From: Bdellovibrionales bacterium
Lineage (GTDB): Bacteria; Bdellovibrionota; Bdellovibrionia; Bdellovibrionales; JAUICD01
Assembly: GCA_965203275.1 (NCBI GenBank)
Contig: OZ241865.1
Coordinates: 1,312,001-1,376,000 of the forward strand
DNA: 64,000 bases
Direction of reading: 5' to 3'
The translations under genes and the position numbers were made by a program. The notes under the pieces were generated by a model. It saw nothing but the letters and a program-made list of their open reading frames with translations, was not told where the DNA came from and searched no databases. The number at the start of each line of letters is the position of its first letter. Position 1 is the stretch's first letter. Shown here piece after piece: positions 60,353 to 64,000 of the stretch.

Positions 60353-60646
60353 ATGAAAGTATTGGCATTTGTTATAAGTATTTTTTTATTTTGGCCAGCT
60401 AAATCAGATTTAAAAAATGTTGAATTTTCTGGAGAGGTTTACACTTTGAATAAAGAGTATGTCAAACTCCGTGATCATCAAAGAGGATTGGAGATTACTA
60501 TTCCTCGCCATCTTGTTAAAAAAAAGGTTTTAGCTGGAAAGCCAGTTACATTGACACTGGATTCTGTGGAAGGTGTGGTTCTTAAAAAAACACCGAAGGG
60601 ACCAGAACAATCAAAACGCCAACCAGCGACAAAAAAGAAAAAGTAA
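60353..60646 (+). CDS. Small secreted hypothetical protein
   Basis: SD AAGGAG; signal peptide; beta-rich core. Confidence 0.65.
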   Translation: MKVLAFVISIFLFWPAKSDLKNVEFSGEVYTLNKEYVKLRDHQRGLEITIPRHLVKKKVLAGKPVTLTLDSVEGVVLKKTPKGPEQSKRQPATKKKK

Positions 60647-60773
60647 GCCATCTTGTTTATCTTCATAGAAGAAATTCTCTCTCTTTAACATCGTGTTAAG
60701 ATATGACTCTGTATAGTTTTGATTGTTTTCTCTTAGCATGGTGATTAAAGCTTTAATAGTTAGAGTATTGTAT

Positions 60774-60849
60774 TGGCTCAGAGGGAGGGACTCGAACCCC
60801 CGACCAATTGATTAACAGTCAACTGCTCTACCAACTGAGCTACCCCTGA
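60774..60849 (-). tRNA. tRNA-Asn (GTT)
   Basis: TCAGGGGTAGCTCAGTTGGTAGAGCAGTTGACT-GTT-AATCAATTGGTCGGGGGTTCGAGTCCCTCCCTCTGAGCCA; 76 nt, cloverleaf, encoded CCA. Confidence 0.97.
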
Positions 60850-60884
60850 ACTATCTTTTATGATATAAGGCTTTAATAGAAAAA

Positions 60885-61985
60885 TCAAGATTTGTTTTTT
60901 ACAATAAAAGGTGTCTTGACAACTTCTGCTTTGACCAAATGTTGTCGAATCACAACCCTTACCTGATGACTTATACTGGCAAACTGATTCGAAACATAAC
61001 CAATACCAATAGGGACACCTAAAGTAGGTGACAATATACCACTTGTTATGTCACCAATTTCAACCTTCTCATCATTTTGAATTTTATACCCTTGTCTAGG
61101 GATACCTCCACCTTCTAACATTTTTAAACCTACAAGTTTGCGAGAAATGCCCATTTCTTTTACTTTCCATATTGCATCTCGTCCTATAAAATCCCCTTTC
61201 TTGAACTTCACTACCCAACCTAACCCAGATTCTATCGGATTAATATCTTCATCGATCTCATGCCCATATAAAGGATATTTCATTTCTATTCGCAAAGAAT
61301 CTCTTGCTCCTAATCCAATAGCACCTACCTGTAAATCTTGACCTTCATCCAAGAGCCTCTGCCAAAGATCACAAACCTGCTCCACAGGCACAAAAACTTC
61401 CACCCCTTCTTCTCCTGTATAACCTGTTCGAGCAATCCAACAATCATGACAAAAAATACAATCAAAAGAGTTTAAACTTAAAATATTTTCACCAAAAATT
61501 AAAGAGGCTAATTGTAGAGCTTTTGGTCCTTGTATAGCAATCAAAGACCAATCATCACTCTCATCACTCACCTGCACATCTTCACGGATATTTCCCCTTT
61601 GATGCTCCTTAATCCATTCTAAATCTTTATCCTTATTAATAGCATTTACACACATCAAATAATCTTTGTCTTTTTCAATACAATAAATAATCACATCATC
61701 CACAATGCCTCCCTTAAAATTTGTAAGTAGTGAATACTGAGCTTTCCCAGTATCTAACTTACTGACATTATTACAAGTGACCCATTGTAAATGATCAGTA
61801 GCTTTCTGTCCCTTGATGCGTATTTGTCCCATGTGAGACACATCAAAAATCCCTACGTGATTCCTGACCCGGTTATGTTCTTTGCGAATACCCTCCTCAT
61901 ACTGTACAGGCAACAAAAAGCCAGCAAAAGGGATCATCCTAGCCTTTAAATTTAAATGACTATCATAAAGAGCTGTCTTTTTCAC
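60885..61985 (-). CDS. gcvT: Glycine cleavage system aminomethyltransferase T
   Basis: GIFDVSHMG, ARTGYTGEEG.E, GLGARDSLR.E, VKTPF. Confidence 0.96.
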   Translation of the reverse strand: MKKTALYDSHLNLKARMIPFAGFLLPVQYEEGIRKEHNRVRNHVGIFDVSHMGQIRIKGQKATDHLQWVTCNNVSKLDTGKAQYSLLTNFKGGIVDDVIIYCIEKDKDYLMCVNAINKDKDLEWIKEHQRGNIREDVQVSDESDDWSLIAIQGPKALQLASLIFGENILSLNSFDCIFCHDCWIARTGYTGEEGVEVFVPVEQVCDLWQRLLDEGQDLQVGAIGLGARDSLRIEMKYPLYGHEIDEDINPIESGLGWVVKFKKGDFIGRDAIWKVKEMGISRKLVGLKMLEGGGIPRQGYKIQNDEKVEIGDITSGILSPTLGVPIGIGYVSNQFASISHQVRVVIRQHLVKAEVVKTPFIVKNKS

Positions 61986-62851
61986 GGGTGTTTGCTCCTT
62001 TTTATATTTTCTTGTTGAATAGCAAGATTCAAAGTGTTTTGTAAAAGCATAGTCACTGTCATAGGACCAACGCCCCCCGGCACAGGAGTTGCTGCAAAAA
62101 CATGTCCATCTAACTCATCAAACCTTACATCACCACATAAACTGCCGTCCTTCCTGCGATGTATGCCTACATCAATCACTACAGCATCTTTTTTAAAATC
62201 TTTCTGTCCTAACATTTCGGCCTGTCCCGTAGCCACAACTACTAGATCAGCTTGTTGAGTAAAAGAAGAAATATTTACAGTTTTTGAATGGCACAAGGTC
62301 ACAGTAGCATTCGCTTTTGTGAGCATTTCAAATATAGGTTTTCCTACAATTTGACTTCGTCCAATCACAACAGCTTTTTGACCTGCCACTTTAATATTAT
62401 AATGCTTTAAAATAGCCATAATCCCTTGAGGTGTACAGGGTTCTATTCTTGCCTGTCCCGCAAACAGTCGTCCGATAGAATCAAAAGTTAGTCCATCTAC
62501 ATCTTTTAAAGGTGAAATCTTTTGCAATATCTTCAAACGATCAAACGATTTGGGCAAGGGTAGTTGCACCAATATACCATGAACAGAAGGATCATTATTT
62601 AACCAGTCTAACAGTGTCTCGAGCTTTTCTGATGTTTCATTTTGATCCACATTATATCTATGAAATATAATACCTGCTTTTTTACAAGCTACTTGCTTTT
62701 TGTTCACATAAATATGACTGGCTGGGTTTTTACCCACTAAAACAACAGCTAAGCTAGGAGAACAACCAAATTTTTGAGCAAATTGATCTACCTTCAAACT
62801 TATACGTTTTTTATAAATTTGAGCTACCTCTTGGCCATTTAATATTTGCAT
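61982..62851 (-). CDS. folD: Bifunctional methylenetetrahydrofolate dehydrogenase/cyclohydrolase
   Basis: HGILVQLPLP, KDVDG, PCTPQG, GRSQIVGKP, TPVPGGVGPMT; start moved to ATG 62851. Confidence 0.96.
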   Translation of the reverse strand: MQILNGQEVAQIYKKRISLKVDQFAQKFGCSPSLAVVLVGKNPASHIYVNKKQVACKKAGIIFHRYNVDQNETSEKLETLLDWLNNDPSVHGILVQLPLPKSFDRLKILQKISPLKDVDGLTFDSIGRLFAGQARIEPCTPQGIMAILKHYNIKVAGQKAVVIGRSQIVGKPIFEMLTKANATVTLCHSKTVNISSFTQQADLVVVATGQAEMLGQKDFKKDAVVIDVGIHRRKDGSLCGDVRFDELDGHVFAATPVPGGVGPMTVTMLLQNTLNLAIQQENIKRSKHP

Positions 62852-63321
62852 CAACACCTCTTTTGTTTTGATCACTCACATCGTCAATCACTCAACCATC
62901 TTAAGTCTGTGAATTTTAAACCTATAACATAATTTCAATTTGAAATCAAACCCTACCTTCAAGCTATTAAAGTCATAAACAAAACAACCTTTTCTCAAAA
63001 TATCATAATAAATAAACACTTAGGATACCTTTAATATAAAATCTTGTCAATAAAACCAAAAGAAATCATTTGTATACATCTGTGAGGGTTATAATCCCTT
63101 ACCAAAAAATTCTTTATGAATCCACTCAATTATGTTTAAGAAACCTGCCATCACCGATAGACAAAAGACCTATCAAAGGTCAAGTTAGGCAAAAGGATTT
63201 AAGAAGAAATAGATAATATTTGACTTTTGTAATGACAGCCTTTAAAGTTTTTCTTTAGAAGTTAGCCATTTATTTAAGCTTTTAAAAACCATTCAAACTA
63301 TTCTAAAAGGAGATATAATTT

Positions 63322-63528
63322 ATGGGAATTATTCAGTATTCTAAAGATAAGGGCATCATTATAAATACAAAAGATGTTCCTTTGCCTAAAAACATTAAAC
63401 AATTTCGACAGACTCCAGAACTTAAAAGCCTCTATAAGTTCATCCATGAAAACGACCTTAGACGAGAAGCCTTTCTTGTGATTCACAATATCTTTAAAAT
63501 TAGAAAGAACACATTAAAAGCAAAGTAA
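63322..63528 (+). CDS. Small hypothetical protein
   Basis: SD AAGGAG; LYKFIHENDLRREA helix. Confidence 0.65.
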   Translation: MGIIQYSKDKGIIINTKDVPLPKNIKQFRQTPELKSLYKFIHENDLRREAFLVIHNIFKIRKNTLKAK

Positions 63529-63829
63529 ATCTTAGCTTTCTTTGATCCTAAGATTTCCCCAAAAAATTATGTATTTGACCAAAAATTAAAGAAAGCAAAA
63601 TATTTTACTTATTGAAAAAGAAACTAGGGAATGCAAAAAGAATATAAAGAAAGCTAAAAAAGATTATGAAAATAGTAAAAAATTTAATATACTGGAGATG
63701 ACAAATGATAAACAAGGTATTTTTGTAATCAAAGTATAACCAAAAAACTTTGAATGGAAGAAGCACATATATTTGAAAAACACTAAAAAAGAAAATAACT
63801 ATATTACTATATTAATAGAGAGAACACGC

Positions 63830-64000
63830 ATGCACAATAAAATTTATATACTTTTATTTATAAGCTTTTTGGCAATCAGTATAGGATGTGAAAAATCAAA
63901 CTCACCTGATGCGACCTCACAAAGTCAGGAACACTATACCTGCCCTATGCATCTTGATGTCAAACAGGAAGGGCCTGGACAATGTCCTATTTGCAATATG
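63830..64000 (+). CDS. Lipoprotein with heavy-metal-binding domain (possible CusB-like efflux adaptor), partial
   Basis: Manual translation MHNKIYILFIISFLAISIGC...HYTCPMHLDVKQEGPGQCPICNM. Confidence 0.8.
   Translation, partial: MHNKIYILLFISFLAISIGCEKSNSPDATSQSQEHYTCPMHLDVKQEGPGQCPICNM

Noticed and set aside
60774..60849. tRNA-Asn as an integrated-element attachment site
   Set aside because: No duplicated tRNA 3' end or integrase seen in the window.

Overview
AT-rich bacterial chromosome segment, most likely from Bdellovibrionota (Bdellovibrionales). This rests on a Bd0055-type histone, F-x-N-C lipoboxes, a deltaproteobacterial-type stand-alone EF-G and many secreted orphan proteins. The core genes are fumC (partial), a CPA1 antiporter, monomeric icd, dps, mltD, nuoEFG, panBC, truB-rpsO-pnp, pyrE, purA, dprA, khpA-rpsP, dut, transaldolase, fusA, nusA-infB, queE, tRNA-Asn, gcvT and folD. 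The accessory content is the interesting part. (1) A dispersed family of ~150-bp highly structured repeats has 10 near-complete copies plus fragments. Its nested stems covary extensively around invariant loops and an invariant bulged A. It forms mosaic arrays with a second long-hairpin module, 7-bp GGATCCC tandems and a conserved linker, mostly around two Rpn-family nuclease genes. (2) Both Rpn genes carry an internal SD+ATG, and a free-standing gene encodes only the Rpn C-terminal (antitoxin-like) part. (3) A restriction-modification + Panacea-antitoxin islet splits nuoF from nuoG. (4) An IS1634-family element has a 307-bp flanking direct repeat, and an isolated IS end lies elsewhere. (5) There is a signal-peptide-bearing, catalytically degenerate ClpA/B-like ATPase, a bacterial histone, and tandem-repeat expansions inside housekeeping proteins (S16, IDH). 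All calls come from reading the sequence by eye; no searches were run.
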